A program made the translations under genes and the position numbers. Below the pieces are notes generated by a model. That model worked only from the letters and a program-made list of their open reading frames with translations, was not told the DNA's origin and did no database searches. Shown piece after piece: positions 18,707 to 31,161 of a stretch of 64,000 nucleotides of DNA (within the stretch, counting starts at the first letter, position 1; every line of letters starts with the position of its first letter). This DNA is from Scenedesmus sp. PABB004 (Eukaryota), in NCBI GenBank assembly GCA_014905635.1, contig JABVCE010000010.1, positions 1,116,001 through 1,180,000 of the forward strand. The letters run 5' to 3'.

Positions 18707-21087
18707 TCACAGCGTGCCGGCAAAGGTGCAGTCGGGGAACTGGCCGCGCGCCTCCTCGATCGTGCGCGGGACGGCGGGCGTGCCGTCGGCCTGGGCCTCG
18801 GCGGAGCCCATCCAGTAGTTGATGACCTGGGTCAGGCGGTTCAGCAGGCGCACCTTGTCCATGTCGCTGATCCAGGGCCGCGCCTCGAGCGCGAGCTTCA
18901 GCTCCTCCCACGCGTCCTTGCGCGGCCACACGAAATACTCGGTCAGAGGGCTGCTGTTGCCGCGCGCGTAGACCTGCGCCCGCCGCGCCGCCGCCGCGGC
19001 CCGGGGCGTGTGAGCGGGCCGCGGCGCCGGCGCGGCCGGCGGCGCGCTGCCACGTCCTGCGCGCCCCGCGCCCTGCGCGCCCCGCGCGCCCCGCGCCCCC
19101 CGCGCCCTGCGCGCCCCCGCGCCCCCCCCCCCCCCCCCCCCGCGCCCCCGCGCCCCCCGCGCGCCGCGCCGCGCCGCGCCGCGCCTGGTCGACCGCGACC
19201 GCGATGTTCTTGTCCATCCACATGAAGACCAGCTTGTACTCCGGCAGCGCGAGGCCCTCCGCCTCCTTGTCGGTGAACCAGTCGACCGTGGTGTCGTCCC
19301 AGTCCTGCGCGCAGCGCCGCCGGCGGCGGCGGCGGCGGCGGGCGGCGGCGGGGCGTGCGGCGTTGACGCGCCGCGCGCGGGCGGGCGCGCGGGCGCGGTG
19401 TGGGGGAGGGCGGGTGTGGAGGGCGGCGGCGCCCCGCGGCCGCCGCGGCGGCGACGCGCGCACACCTCGGCGAGCAGGTGCTCCGCGAGCTCCTGCTTGC
19501 TGAGCTTGAGCGCGCCGACCACCTGCCGCGCCTGCAGCGCCTCGTCGTTGCTCAGGCCCTCCAGCACGTCCCTCTGCGGCGCGGCGCGGCGCGGCGCGGC
19601 GGCGGGCTCGGCGGCCGCCCGAGCGGGCAGCGGCCGCGGCGCAGGCGCAAGGGCGGGGCAAGGGCGGGGCAAGGGCGGGCGCAGCGCACCTGGTGGCTGC
19701 CAAGGGGCGCGGCGCCGAGCTCCTCGGTGACGACGGCCTCCGGCACGTCGCCTGCGGCCGGCGACGGCAGCAGCGGCGGCGGAGCGGTGAGCGCGCTGCG
19801 CCGTGCAGACCGGGCGCCGGCGCAGCCCGGCCGCCGCCCGCGGCCCGCCGCCCAAGCGCGCGCGCCGGCGCCCACCGGCCTCCAGCAGCTCCGCCGCGGC
19901 CGCTGCCAGCGGCGCCGACGCGGCGGCGGCCGCCACGCCCGAGCCCTCCATCTGCAGCTGCGCCGCCTCGGCCTGCAGCTGCGCGAGGTAGCCAGCGGTC
20001 TCGTCATCGCCGGTGCCTGCGCGCGCGGGCGCGGCGCGGCGTCGGCAGAGAAGTGAGCGCGCCATGCGCACGCGCGGACACCGCGCCGCTGCGCGCGCGC
20101 GCAGCCACCTGCGCGCGCAAGGGCGCGCGGCGCGCCGCACCCTCAAGGAAGGCCGCCTCGATGTCGGCGACGGCGAGCGAGTTGAAGTGCGTGGCCTCGG
20201 CCGCCGCGACGAGCTCCTCCACGCTCAGGTCAACCTCCTCCGCGGGCGTGTTGACCGCGCTGGAGGGGCCCGTCAGCGTCATGCTCGCGAGGTCGATCAC
20301 ATCGCCCTGCGCGCGCGGCGGCGGCGGCGCAAGGCGGCGAGCGGTGCGGTGAGCGGGTCCAGCGCGGCGCGCGCACGGCTCGTGCGCGGCCAGCCCCCGC
20401 GGCGGGGGAGCCGCCGCCCGTCCCCGTCCGTCCGTCTGCTGCCCCGCGCGAGGGTCGCCTGGGACCGCTGGCCCAGCTGCCGGCGCGCCGGAGCGCGGCC
20501 GTGGGCGGCGGCAGCAGCGGCCCGAGCGCCGGCCGCCGCCGCCCGCCGCCGCCCCCGGAGCCGCTGCCGCTCGCCCGATTGCGCTGCCCGATCCCTCGCC
20601 CCGCCCGGGCGGCCCGCGCGGGGGCAATCAAGCCCGCCGGCGCCAATGAGGCCCCGCCGGCGTGGCTCGAGGCGGCCTCCCCGCGCGCGGGCCCCCCCGA
20701 TGGCGGCGCGGCAGCACGCGGGGGCTGCATCGCGGTCTCCCCGCTTCGCATGGCACCGCCTCCCGCCGCGAGGGGCGCTCTCGCGGCCGGCCGCCGACCG
20801 CCCGCAATGCCCAGCCACAGAACGCCCGCCCCGCCCCGCCCGCCCCGCGCGCGGTGAGGCTCCGGCTCTCTCTCACCTCGGCGGTGGCGGCGCACGCCCG
20901 CCCGCGACGCCGCTGCTGCTGCGCCGCTGGCCGGGGCAGGCCGCCCGCGCCTGCTGCTGTGCGGCGCAGCGCGGCCTGCGGGGCGCGTGCGGGTCGCGTG
21001 AGCGGCGGACGCGACCGAACCGCCGCGCGCCGCCATCCAACGCACCGCGCGGGCCGCGCTGCTGCTGCCGGCGGCCAGGAGCACCAT
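18707..21087 (-). CDS. PSRP3: Plastid-specific ribosomal protein 3 (PSRP-3/Ycf65, cS23) with acidic N-terminal extension and transit peptide
   Basis: C-terminal domain [72 protein letters not shown]...[12 protein letters not shown]. The ATG at 21087 with an Ala/Arg-rich transit peptide is less certain. Confidence 0.92.
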
Positions 21088-21355
21088 CGTGTTCGCGCCC
21101 GACCGCAGCGCCGACCGCGTTTGCGCTGCACCGACGACACGGGGCGCGGGAGAGGGCGGCCAGCGGCGCGCGGGGCGGGGGTGGCCAGTCGCGGAGCGGC
21201 CAGCACTGTCACGTCGAATTGGAGCCCCAACACTCAGTGCGCACGGCCCAGACGGAAGCTCCAGGCTGCTTCCAGCCCAACCGCAAGCCCGCCGCCAGCT
21301 GCCGACCGCCGCCGACGGCCGCCGGCGGCCGAGAGCGCCGCGCGCGCGGCGCCGG

Positions 21356-24300
21356 TCACGCGGGGCGCGCCCGCGCCGCCCAGGCCGCGGCGCCCTTGGC
21401 GGCGTCGTGGTAGCCCGTGGCGCGGGCCTGCAGCTGGGTCAGCGTCGTCGTCGTCGTGCCGGCAGCGGCCGACGACGCGCACTCGAGCAGCTCGCGGCAG
21501 GGCGCCCCGCCCGCGCGAGCGAGCAGGGCCGGCAGGCCGCCGTCGGCGGCAGGCCGCAGCACGCACAGCAGGGCGCGGAGGGCCTGGAGCTCGCCGAGCA
21601 CAGCCGCCCGCGCGGCGCCCCGCTGATCGCTGATCAGAGCCCCGCCGCCTGGCGCGCCCGCGCCGTCTGGCGGCAGGTGCGGCAGCGCGCGGCCCAGCCA
21701 GGCCGCGAAGGCTGCCGGCGACTCGGGCCGCTCCCGGAGTGCCGCGACGGCGCAGTCGAGCTCTGCCAGCAGCGCCGGGGCGTGGCGCGCGAGCGCCGGC
21801 TGCACCAGGCTCAGCAGGGACCTGCGGGGCGGCGGCGCGCGCGCGGCGGTGTGCGTGGAGCCGGCAGCGGTCAGATGTGCGCGGCCGCTGCCGCAGCCGA
21901 GTCGGCAGCGCCAGCCAGCGCACCTGAGCGTGGCGCGCGCCATCTGCAGGCAGGTCGCGCGCGCGGCCCCGACCTCCACCACCACGAGCCCGGGCCGCTC
22001 GTCGCCGCCGCCTGCCGGAGCTGAGCTCGAGCTCACGGCGCGGCCCTGGCCGTCCGCGAGGTCCGCGAGCCAGGCCGCGACCGCGGCGACGTCGGCGGCC
22101 AGCTGCCGCGCGCTGCCGGGCTGCTGGGCCGCGTAAGCAGCCCCATCCCACGAGGAGCAGAGCAGCATCACGGCGGCGCCCTCGCGCGGAGGCTGCAGCA
22201 CTGCGCAGCCCTGGGTCGCGGTCAAGTGCTGCCGCACCAGCGACGAGAGCGCGGCCTGCACGCCCGGCGCGGCGCTCGCCGCCTGCAGCGTCTCGAGCCG
22301 CGTGTCACGCGCGCGCAGGCTGCGCGCGCCGGCGCCGCCCAGCCCAGTGCGCTGCGCGCCAGCCGCCGCCGCCGCCGCCCAAGCGCACACAGCCGGCTCG
22401 CTGGCGAGCATGGGGGCGGCGGCAAGCACGGTGGTGATGCTGCCAGGCAGGGCGCCGACCGCTGCCACGAGCTCCTCGCAGGTGGGAGCCAGCGACAGGC
22501 AGCCCCACGCTGCGCTGCAGTCGGCGCCCAGCTGCTGCCGCTCGCGCAGCAGCTGCTCCGGGGCCTCGAGCGTCGCCGCAACCCTGAGCAGGCCGCAGAC
22601 CCCGCCGCCCGCGGCCTGGCGCCGGCGCTGCAGCAGCAGCGGCCGCTGCGCCTGCGCGCAGAGCGCCAGCGCAGCGGCTGGCTGCCAGGGCGCTAGGAGC
22701 GCCGCCAGCAGCCGCGCCATCGCCGCCGCGGCGAGCTGCGCCAGCCAGGAAGTGCTCCAGGCTTCCACCACGCGCACTACACGCAGGAGCAGCGCCGCGG
22801 CGCTCCCGCGCTCCTGCGCGCCGTCAAATCGCGCCGGCGCGTTCCACGGCGGCGGCTGCCGGCGCCCCCGCCGCGCCTCGCGCCCCGCCGCCGCCGCAGC
22901 GGCCTCCCTCGCCGTCAGCTGTGCGTGCAGCTGCGCCTCCAGCGCCGTCACGCAGCCCAGCCGGGCCAGGGCCGCCGCAACCGCGGGCTGCACGCCGGCG
23001 CGCGCAGCAGCGAGGCCGTCCAGCGACAGCGGAGCCTGGGCGGAGCGGGTGGTGTGAGCCGCCTGCCATGAACGCGCTGGCGGCCGGCGGCGGGCGCGCG
23101 CTCGCCCGCACCTCTCTGTCCAGCCCGCTGAGCAGCAGCTCCAGCACGGGGGCGGCCGCCGCGCCGCAGCCTGGCGGCCTGGCAGCGGCTCCAGCGGCGG
23201 CGGCAGCACCGACAGCCGGGTGCGGGCTGGCCGCGGGCGTCCGCCGCAGAGGCGCGGGCGCCGAGAGCTGCTCGGCAAACGCTGCGAGCTCCGCCGCCGC
23301 CATCGGGGCCGCCCGTGCCTGGCCGCTGCGCTGCGCCTCCAGCGAAGCTGCCTGCGGCTCGGCCCAGCCGCCGCGCTGCGACCGCAGCTGCCAGCGCCCC
23401 GTCGCGGCCGACCTGGCCCACGCGACAGGGGCGGCCGCGCCGTCGCCAGCACCGCCGGCGGCGGCGTAGCCTGCCGCGGTGTCGTCCGGCAGCGGCAGCG
23501 CCTCGAGCAGCAGCTGCCGCGCCCGCAGCAGCGCCGCCAGCGCACCCGGCTGCAGAGCCAGCAGCGCGCCCTGCAGCGCGGCGGCGCGCGAACGGAAGCG
23601 CTGGCGCCCCACATTGGTCCGCCAGGTCGCCAGCGCCTGCGGCAGCGGCGGCGCGGTCTGCCGGTCGTCCAAACTCTCCACGCGCCGCCGCCGCCACCGC
23701 GAGCCCGCTCACCGTTCGCATCCGCGCCTGCTTGACGACGGGGAGCGCCCGCAGCACGTTGAACAGCTCCCCCTGGCGAAGCCACTCGGCGTGCGGGGTC
23801 AGCTCGGGTGGCTCGCCCGCCCTGGCGCGGCGGCGGCGGCGGGCGCCTGCGGTCGCAGCCAGAGCGCGCGGCGCGCGCGCTGCGCCCGGTCCGCGGCGGC
23901 CGAGCAGGCTGCTCGCACCTGACACACGCGACGCTGGTGCACGACACGACCCAGTGGCAGCGCGGGTCGGCGTCGCCCGGCGCCACCGCCACCAGGTCAA
24001 ACGGGCTGGGCGGCTCCTCGCGCCCGCCGCCGCGTGTCGCCTGGTTTGCATATAGACGAGGTCGCCCGGCCGCCCAGCGCCGCTCGCAAAGAAGCGCACA
24101 GCGTCGCGGCCGCTCACCAGCCCGGGCGGCGGCTGCGCGCGGCGGCGGCGCCGGCGCCCCGGCGGCGCGCAAGCTCAGAGCGGCGCGGCCCGCGGCAGTG
24201 CGAGCGGCGCCAGGCGGGGGCCCACCGTGAGCAGGCGCGATCGCTGCCCTGCCGCCGGCGGCAGCGGCGCCCGGCGTGCCGCTCGCTCCTGCTGCGGGCT

Positions 24301-24890
24301 GGCGGGGGCCCTGCCGGGCTTGCTGCTCAGCCCGCTGGGCACTGCGAGGGGCAGCGAGAAGCTCGGATTCACGTGGCCTGTGGCCACGGCGGCGCGGGCA
24401 GCAGCACGGTGAGAGGTGTGCCTGCGACGCGCGCGGCTGGCCGGGGCGGCCGCAGTGCCAGCCCGCGCGCGCGGCGACGCACCTGCGCGCCGCACCGCGC
24501 CGCACCGCGCCTGCTGCCGCCAAGTGGCGTGCGCCAGTGGGGACACGCCGCCGCCGCGCGCCCCGCTCGGCCAGGGACAGTGCGGGCCCGCCACCAGGCG
24601 CGAGACCCGGCAGGCTGGGGACGGGCGGCAGCCAGCTTCCACTGCTGGCCGAGCTGGCGCTGGAGTCGCAGAGATCGCACCCGGACAGCTCGAAGCCCCA
24701 GGCGGCGGCGCCGGGCGCGTCCGCGGCGCAGCGCCGACCCTGCGCGGCGCGCGTGCGGGCCAGCACGTCAAGCGAGCCAGCTCGACAATGACAGCGCAAA
24801 GTGGAGCATCCGCACCGTGAGGAAAAGCTCCGCGTCGGCGGCGGACGCCGCGCCGCTGCTGTCGGCCCGCTCGCGCCGCCGAGACGACAT
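21356..24890 (-). CDS. Divergent dynein heavy chain N-terminal tail-like protein (DNAH6/DNAH14/DNHD1-type) with no motor domain; possible pseudogene
   Basis: Exons give GRDAVRFFA...DLVY/ANQA...SPFDLVAVAPGDADPRCHWVVSCTSVACVR|AGEPPELTPHAEWLRQGELFNVLRALPVVKQARMRT|ALATWRTNVGRQRF...LLALQPGALAALLRARQLL, matching from memory the single-headed dynein N-terminal pattern. It ends at a stop at 21358-21356 with no AAA motifs and has a frameshift near 24050. The start is uncertain. Confidence 0.55.
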
Positions 24891-25261
24891 GGACCGGCCC
24901 GACCAGCCCGACCTGCGCGGCTGTTCACACGCGGCCACGCGGCCCTGGCATCGCGCCGAGCGCGCCCGGTGCGGCGCGCGGCGGCGGGCGGGCTCGGCGC
25001 GCGCGCGCTGGCTCGCGCCGCCCGGGCCGGCCCCCTGCTGTGTCGCCAGCTTATGCAAGGCACCGCCACTGTGAGGCCCAGCGCCGCTGACCGACGGGCG
25101 TCGAGCGGCGGCGGCAGCGGTTCTGGCGGGCGTCGCGCGCAACTGCGAACGGCCGTTGCACAGTGCTGCCAATCTCCGCGCAGGGCGCGCCCCCAGGTGG
25201 TCAGGTCAGGTCAGCCGAGGCGGCGCGACAACGCCCCCCTCCCTCCCCCATTGCCGTCCAT

Positions 25262-28200
25262 CTACGCCGCGTGCGCGTGCAGCACGTCGGTCGCGACGGC
25301 CGTCACGCGCGCGAGCAGGCCCGCGCCGCTCGCCGCCGCGCGCTCCACCGCGCCCGCCACGGCCGCGCCCATCTCGTCAGCGAGCGCCTGCGCCTGCACG
25401 GCGCTGGGGCACGCCATCACGTCGGCGCGGCTCTCCACGCCTGCGGCGGAGGCGAGCCAGCGGCGGCGGCGTCGGCGCCGGCGGCCGCGCGCGGCGCAGG
25501 AGCTGGGCGCGGCGCTCGGCGCAGGAGCTGGGCGCGGCGCTCGGCGCAGGAGCTGGGCGCGGCGCTCGGCGCAGGAGCTGGGCGCGGCGCTCGGCGCAGG
25601 AGCTGGGCGCGGCGCTCGGCGCAGGAGCTGGGCGCGGCGCTCGGCGCAGGAGCTGGGCGCGGCGCTCGGCGCAGGAGCTGGGCGCGGCGCTCGGCGCAGG
25701 AGCTGGGCGGCCTGGGCCGAGCCCGATCGAGGTGCGCCGCCGCCGCACCTGTGCCGGCCAGCAGGCCCGCGAGCGAGAGCAGCACCTGGACCTTGAGCCC
25801 CGCGCCGGGCTCCGTGAGGCTGAGCGCGAGCCAGCCGCAGCCGCGGCTGCTGCCGACGACGTCGACCCCCGTGAGCAGCGGCGCCGCCGCGCCGGTGCAC
25901 AGGCGCTTGGCCGCCTCGGCCAGCGCCACCGCGCGGCCGAGCGCGAGCTCGGCCTTGGAGAAGGCGAGCGGCAGCTCGGCGGCGGGGACCTCAAAGCCAA
26001 ACGTGCCCTGCATCGCGCTCACTGCGGCGCGGCGGCGGTGCAAGGGGCGGGCTCAGCGCTGCGCCGCCAGGGGTGCCGCCGCCGCGGCGCCCCCGTCCGG
26101 CCGGCCTCACCCAGCGCCGCGAGGAGCTTGGGCGCGATGCCATAGTTGCCGGCCGCCGCGGGGCCGGTCAGCGCCGCCGGCAGCGTCGCCTCGAGCCAGC
26201 CGCGCGCGGGGCCGGTGCCGCCGCACGGCAGCGCCAGCCGGATGCCGGCGCGGCCCTGGAAGCTGAGCAGCCACTCGCCGGGGGCGGCGGCCACGGGCCG
26301 CCAGCCCTGCGGGCGCGCGCGGGGCGCCGGTCGGTGCGCGGCTCGCGCTCGGCCGCGCGGGGCCGCCGCTGGCGCGCGTCCAGCCGGGCGGGCGGCGCGC
26401 GCGGCGCACCTGCACGCCGGCGAGCACCTCCAGCCGCGCGCTCGCGGCGGCCTGGCGCGCCTGCGCCGCGCGGCTGAAAGCCGGCTTGGGCGTGGCTGCC
26501 ATGGCTGCCGCGAGCTGCTCGCGGCGCTCGAGCAGCGCCGCCATCTCGGCGTCCGCCTCGGCGGCGCTCGCCTGCGGCGCCAAGCGGCGGCAGCAGCAGC
26601 ACGCGCCGACATCAGCAGGGCGACTCGGGGGCGCGCCCCGGCCGCCGCCGCCGCAGCGCCACCGCCGCCGCACCTTGAGCGCCGTGGCCTCGGCCGCCAC
26701 CTCCGCCGCGCGCGCCTGGCGCTCGGCCGCGACGCCGCGCAGCTCGCCGAGGCGGCCACGCAGCGCCACGAGGCGCGCGCGCCCCGCCGCCGCCTCCTGC
26801 GCCGCCGCCTCCTCGTCAGCGAGCTTCTTCACGACGTCTGCGTGGAACGCCCGCGCGTACTCGCGCTGCTGCTGCGCCTTCTGCAGCTTGCCCTGTGCGC
26901 GCGCGTGCGCGGGGCGGCGGGCGCGTGCGCGTGGGCGCCACGCCCGTGCGCGCAGCAGGGCGCGCGCGCCGGCGCGGCCGCGCCTCCCGCGCCGCGCCCA
27001 CCTGCACAAACGCGAGCTGCTCCTCCAGGTCGGCGACCTGCTGCGCCAGGCGCGCGCCAAGGTCCTCCTCCATGCGGCAGCGCAGGCGCTTCCACGCGAC
27101 CGCGGTCTGGGACCTGCGGCGGCGGCCGCGTGCGCACGGGGCCGTCAGCGCGGCGGCGGCGCGCGCGGCCTGCACGCACGGCCGGCGCGCCGCGGCGCAC
27201 CTGCAGCACTTTTTCAGCAGCACGAGGCAGTGCTTGATCTGCTCCAGCTGCGTGTGCCGCGCCGTCTGCGGGCGGGCGGGCGGCGCGAGACGGGCGGCGT
27301 CGCCGGGGCGCGCCGCGCGGGCGGGCGCCGGTCCCTCGTCGCGCTCGCGCGCGCGCGCGCGCGGCGGGGCGGCGCGCCTGCACTGCGGCGAAGAGCGCGG
27401 GGTTGTCGCCGCCGAGCGCGTCCTCGAGCGCGTACGCGTCGCGGCGCTTGGCGTGCATCTCCGCCTGCAGCTCCGCCATCGCGCCCTCGAGCACCGCGAC
27501 CTCGGAGCCTGGCCGGCCGGCCGGCGGGCGGCGCGCGGGCGCGGGCGCGTGGGTGCGGTGCGGGGCCGCCGGCGCGCGCGCGCGCCTGGCGCAGGGGCAG
27601 ACGTGCCCGCGCGCTGCGCCGCCGGCGCAGCGCGCACTCGTGACGGCGAGCAGCGTGAGCGCGCCGCCGAGGTCGACGGGCGCGCTGGAGGGCTGGAAGT
27701 CGGCCACGCTGATGCTCGTGCCGCGCCGGATGTGGGTCAGGAACTGCGGCGGCCGCGCGTGCGTGCGGGGAGGGGCGGGGGCGTCAGCCGGCCCCGGCCG
27801 CGCGGGCGGCGCGCCCGGCGCCGCGCCCCGGCGCCGGCAGCGCGCAGCGTGCAGCGCGCGCGCCTGCATGTCCACGATCTGGCAGAAGTCGCTGAACGTC
27901 AGCGGCACCGCGCGCCGTGCCGAGCCGCCCGGCGTGCGCGCGACGCTGCCCGGCGGCGCGGTGTCGTTGCCCGCGAGGGACGCCAGCGCGCCTGCGGCGC
28001 GGCGGCGCGAGCAGGGCGGCGGCGGCGTGGGCGCCGGCGCCAGGCCAGGGCGGCGCGGCCGCGGGCACGCGCAGCAACGCGAGGCCCAGCCCACCAGAGA
28101 AGGGCATGGTGATGGGCCGCTCCTCGCCGCCGGCCGCGGCCGCCGCGGCCGCCGCCGCGGCGCCGAGGTCGGGCGGCAGCGCAAACTCGTCCAGCGTCGC

Positions 28201-31161
28201 GTCCTCGAGCGCCTGCGTGCCGCCGCCGAGCGACGAGCCCCCGCCCGCCAGCTCCAGCGTGGGCTCGCTGCCCTCCGCCGCCGCGGGGCCGGCCGGCGAC
28301 GCCGACGGCGGCGGCGCTGGCGAGGCGCCGCCGGCCGGCGACGCGGCGCGCCACGCCGCGAGCGGGCTGCCGGCGACGGCCGCCGCCGCGGGCGACGGCG
28401 CCGCGGCGGCCGCCGGCGGCGGCGGCGCGGGCGCGCCGGCGCCAAACGCCGGCGGCGCGGCCGCACCAAAGGGCCCAGCCGGCGCGGGCGCGCCGGGCTC
28501 GGCCACGGGCGCGCCGCCCGCGATGGTGCCGCCTAGCACGCCCGCGCGCGGCAGGGGGAGCAGGCCCATGGCGCCGCACGCCGAGGCGGCGGTCGAGTCG
28601 GCCAGCAGCTTGGTGGTTGCCTCCTCCACGCCGCCGGCTGCGGCCGCGGCCGCCGCCGGCGCGGGGCCCAGCGCGGCGGCGCTGCCGCGCGGCGCGAGGT
28701 GCGGCGCCGCGCCGAGGCCGGCGCTGCCGTCGGCCAGCAGCTGCGTCGTCGTGCCGGCCCGCTGCGGCGGCGGCGGCACGCGCGGGCGGGCGGGCGGGCG
28801 GGCGTGCATCGGTCGCGGTCCCACGGTGGCGGGCGCCCGGTGCGTGGCCGGGCCGCGCGCGCCGCCGCGCTCACCAGGTGCGCGGTGGGCATGTTGCTGC
28901 CGACGCTGCCGCGCCCCGTTGTCGCGCACGCGCCCGCGAGCGGCACGTGGCCCCAGCCGCCGAGGCTCGCGCGGTCGTCGAGCAGGAGGGCCGTGGTCAG
29001 GCCGTCGGCGTCGCCGCCGGGCGGCGTGCCCGCGCCGGCGCCGCTCGGGCGGCCGCCGCGCGGCGCGCTCGCCAGCAGGCCCGGCGTGGGCTCGGGGCTG
29101 AGCAGCATCTCGCCCGTGAGGTCGGCGTCGCGCGCGCCGGCGCGCCCGGCCGGCGCGGGCGTGGCCGCCTCCTCTGGGATCGCCGTCGCCGCGAGGCTGC
29201 CGCGCGGCGCGCCGCGCCCGACGCTCGAGCGGCGGCGCCCGCCCGCGGCGGCGCGGCCCGGCGCCGGCGCGGGCGCCGCCGCCGCGCCGGCGGCGGGCAG
29301 GCGCAGCTCGCCCGCGCGCATCGCGAGCGTGAGCTCGCCCGTGCCCGCGCTCTCAGCATACACGTGGTGCAGCGTCGCGTCGCCGAGCCCGCCCGCGCCG
29401 GGCATGCCCAGGTCGATGTTCAGCGTGTCCTCCTCACCAGGCACAAAGCCCCACTTGCTCTGCTGGTCGGCAAAGCGGTTCATCGTGCTGCGCCGCCCCG
29501 CCGCCGCGGGCGCGGCGGCCGCGTCGCCGCCGAGCGGGCTCGCGAGCGGGCTGGCGAGCGGGCTCGCCATGCTGCGCGTGACGCGCCGCAGCGGCGAGGG
29601 CGTGGGCTCCTGGCTCGGCGGCGCCGCGGCGCGGGCCGCGCTGCCCGGCCGCGCCGCCGAGCCGGGCGTCGCCGCCGGGGCCGCCGGGGCGCGCGCGGGG
29701 CTCTTGCCGCCGGCGCTGCTGCGCCGCGCGCGGCCGCGCGGCGAGGTCAGCGGCTCGGACGGCGCGGGGCTGGGCGCCACGCCCTGCTGGCTGGCGCGGC
29801 GGCTGGCGCCGCGCGTGGAGCCCGCGGGCGAGGGCGCCGGCGACGGCGCGGCCGCGGCCGCCGACGAGCGGCGCGTGGTCGGCCGGCTCGCGCGCGGGCC
29901 TGCGCGCGGCGCGGGGCGGCGGGGCCGCGGGGCGGCGCGGCGGCGCAGCGTCGGCGCCCGGCTGCGGCCGCGCCACCTGCTGACGCCGCGCCCTCCGCCC
30001 TCCCGCGCGCGCGCGGCCGCCCCCTCACTCGTGAGCGGCGCGGCGGGGTGGTCCGCCAGCCCCGCGGTGGTGTTGCCGGTGAGCTCCATCGCCTCGGACG
30101 CCGCGCCGTCCGCGGTGATGTCGAGCGTCGGCTCCGCGCCGCCGCCGTCGGCGCTGGCCTCATTGTACAGCTCGTCCTCGTCCTCCTCCACCAGCGTGGA
30201 CAGGCCCGGCACGTTGTCTGCGCACGCGGGCGGGCGGCCGCGGTCTCGCCCGGGCGCGGCGCGGCGCGGCGCGGCGGGCCCGCGGGGAGCGCGGGAGCGC
30301 GCGCGCGCGCGCGCACGCGCGCGCGCGCCACCGGCTGCGCCGCACCGGTGATGTTGTGCGTGCCGTCCTTGAGGCCGCCACTGAGCGCGGAGCTGAAGGT
30401 GAAGCTGTCGTTGTCCATCGCCGCAAACGGCACCATCCCGCCGCCGGGCAGCGTGTCGTTGGTGAGCTCCATCGACATCGGCGACAGGCAGGGGCTCCCC
30501 AGGCCGCCCGCGCCGCCATAGGCGTCGTGCGCCGCGCCGCCGTAGCCGGCGGCGCCGGGCGCGTCAAACGGCGCCGGCTCGGCGGCGCCGGGCGCGGCGT
30601 GGCCCCACACCGCGGCGCCGGCGTCGGCGGGCGCCTGCGGCGGCGGCGGCTGGTGGTGCAGCTGGTTCTGCACCTCGCCGAGCGGCTGCGTGTCCTGGGC
30701 CGGCAGCGGCGAGTTCTTGTCCTGCGCCGGCGGGCGGGCCGCGCAGCGGCAGGCGGGTGGGCGCAGCGCGCCGCGCGCGCGCGCGGCGGCCGCGTCGCGG
30801 CCGGTGCAGCCGCCCCGCCCAAGCGCCGCCGCCGAGGCCGCAGGGGGTGGGCGGGTGGCTCCGCGTGGGGCGCCGCCGCGGCTGGCGCACCTTCATGAAC
30901 AGGTGCATCGTCTCGAGCTCGTCGTCCGGCGCAAAGCTGACGCGCCGGCCCTTGCTCGCGCGCATGCTGCGCCGCCGGGCATTCTGCTCCTCCGCGGCGC
31001 GCTTGCGCAGGATCTGCGCGGCGGCGGCGGGCGGCGGCCCCGCGCGTCGGCGGCCACGCCAGCGGCTGCGCTGCGCCGCCCGCGCCGGCTGCAGCGAAGC
31101 GCCGCTTGCCGCGCCGCGCGCCGCAGCCCACCGACGAAGGGGTCCTCCCGCCGGGCTGCAT
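25262..31161 (-). CDS. KNL1: Kinetochore scaffold KNL1/Spc105/Spc7
   Basis: N-terminus MQPGGRTPSS|ILRK...KGRRVSFAPDDEL (SILK and RVSF PP1 motifs), SMELT and AMELT motifs in a disordered region, Spc7-like PLTFSDFCQIVDMQ|FLTHIRRGTS, a coiled coil and a probable RWD-like C-terminus. Confidence 0.82.
25493..25709. repeat. 25-bp perfect minisatellite, about 8.7 copies, in the last KNL1 intron
   Basis: Unit GGCGCAGGAGCTGGGCGCGGCGCTC repeated head-to-tail with no spacers. Confidence 0.95.

Noticed and set aside
20308..20875. Long PSRP-3 intron with a GC-rich inverted repeat, possible ncRNA
   Set aside because: No C/D or H/ACA boxes or rRNA complementarity found; GC-only stems are expected by chance.
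25493..25709. 25-bp repeat array resembling a CRISPR in unit length
   Set aside because: No spacers, no cas genes, and it lies in a eukaryotic intron; it is a plain minisatellite.
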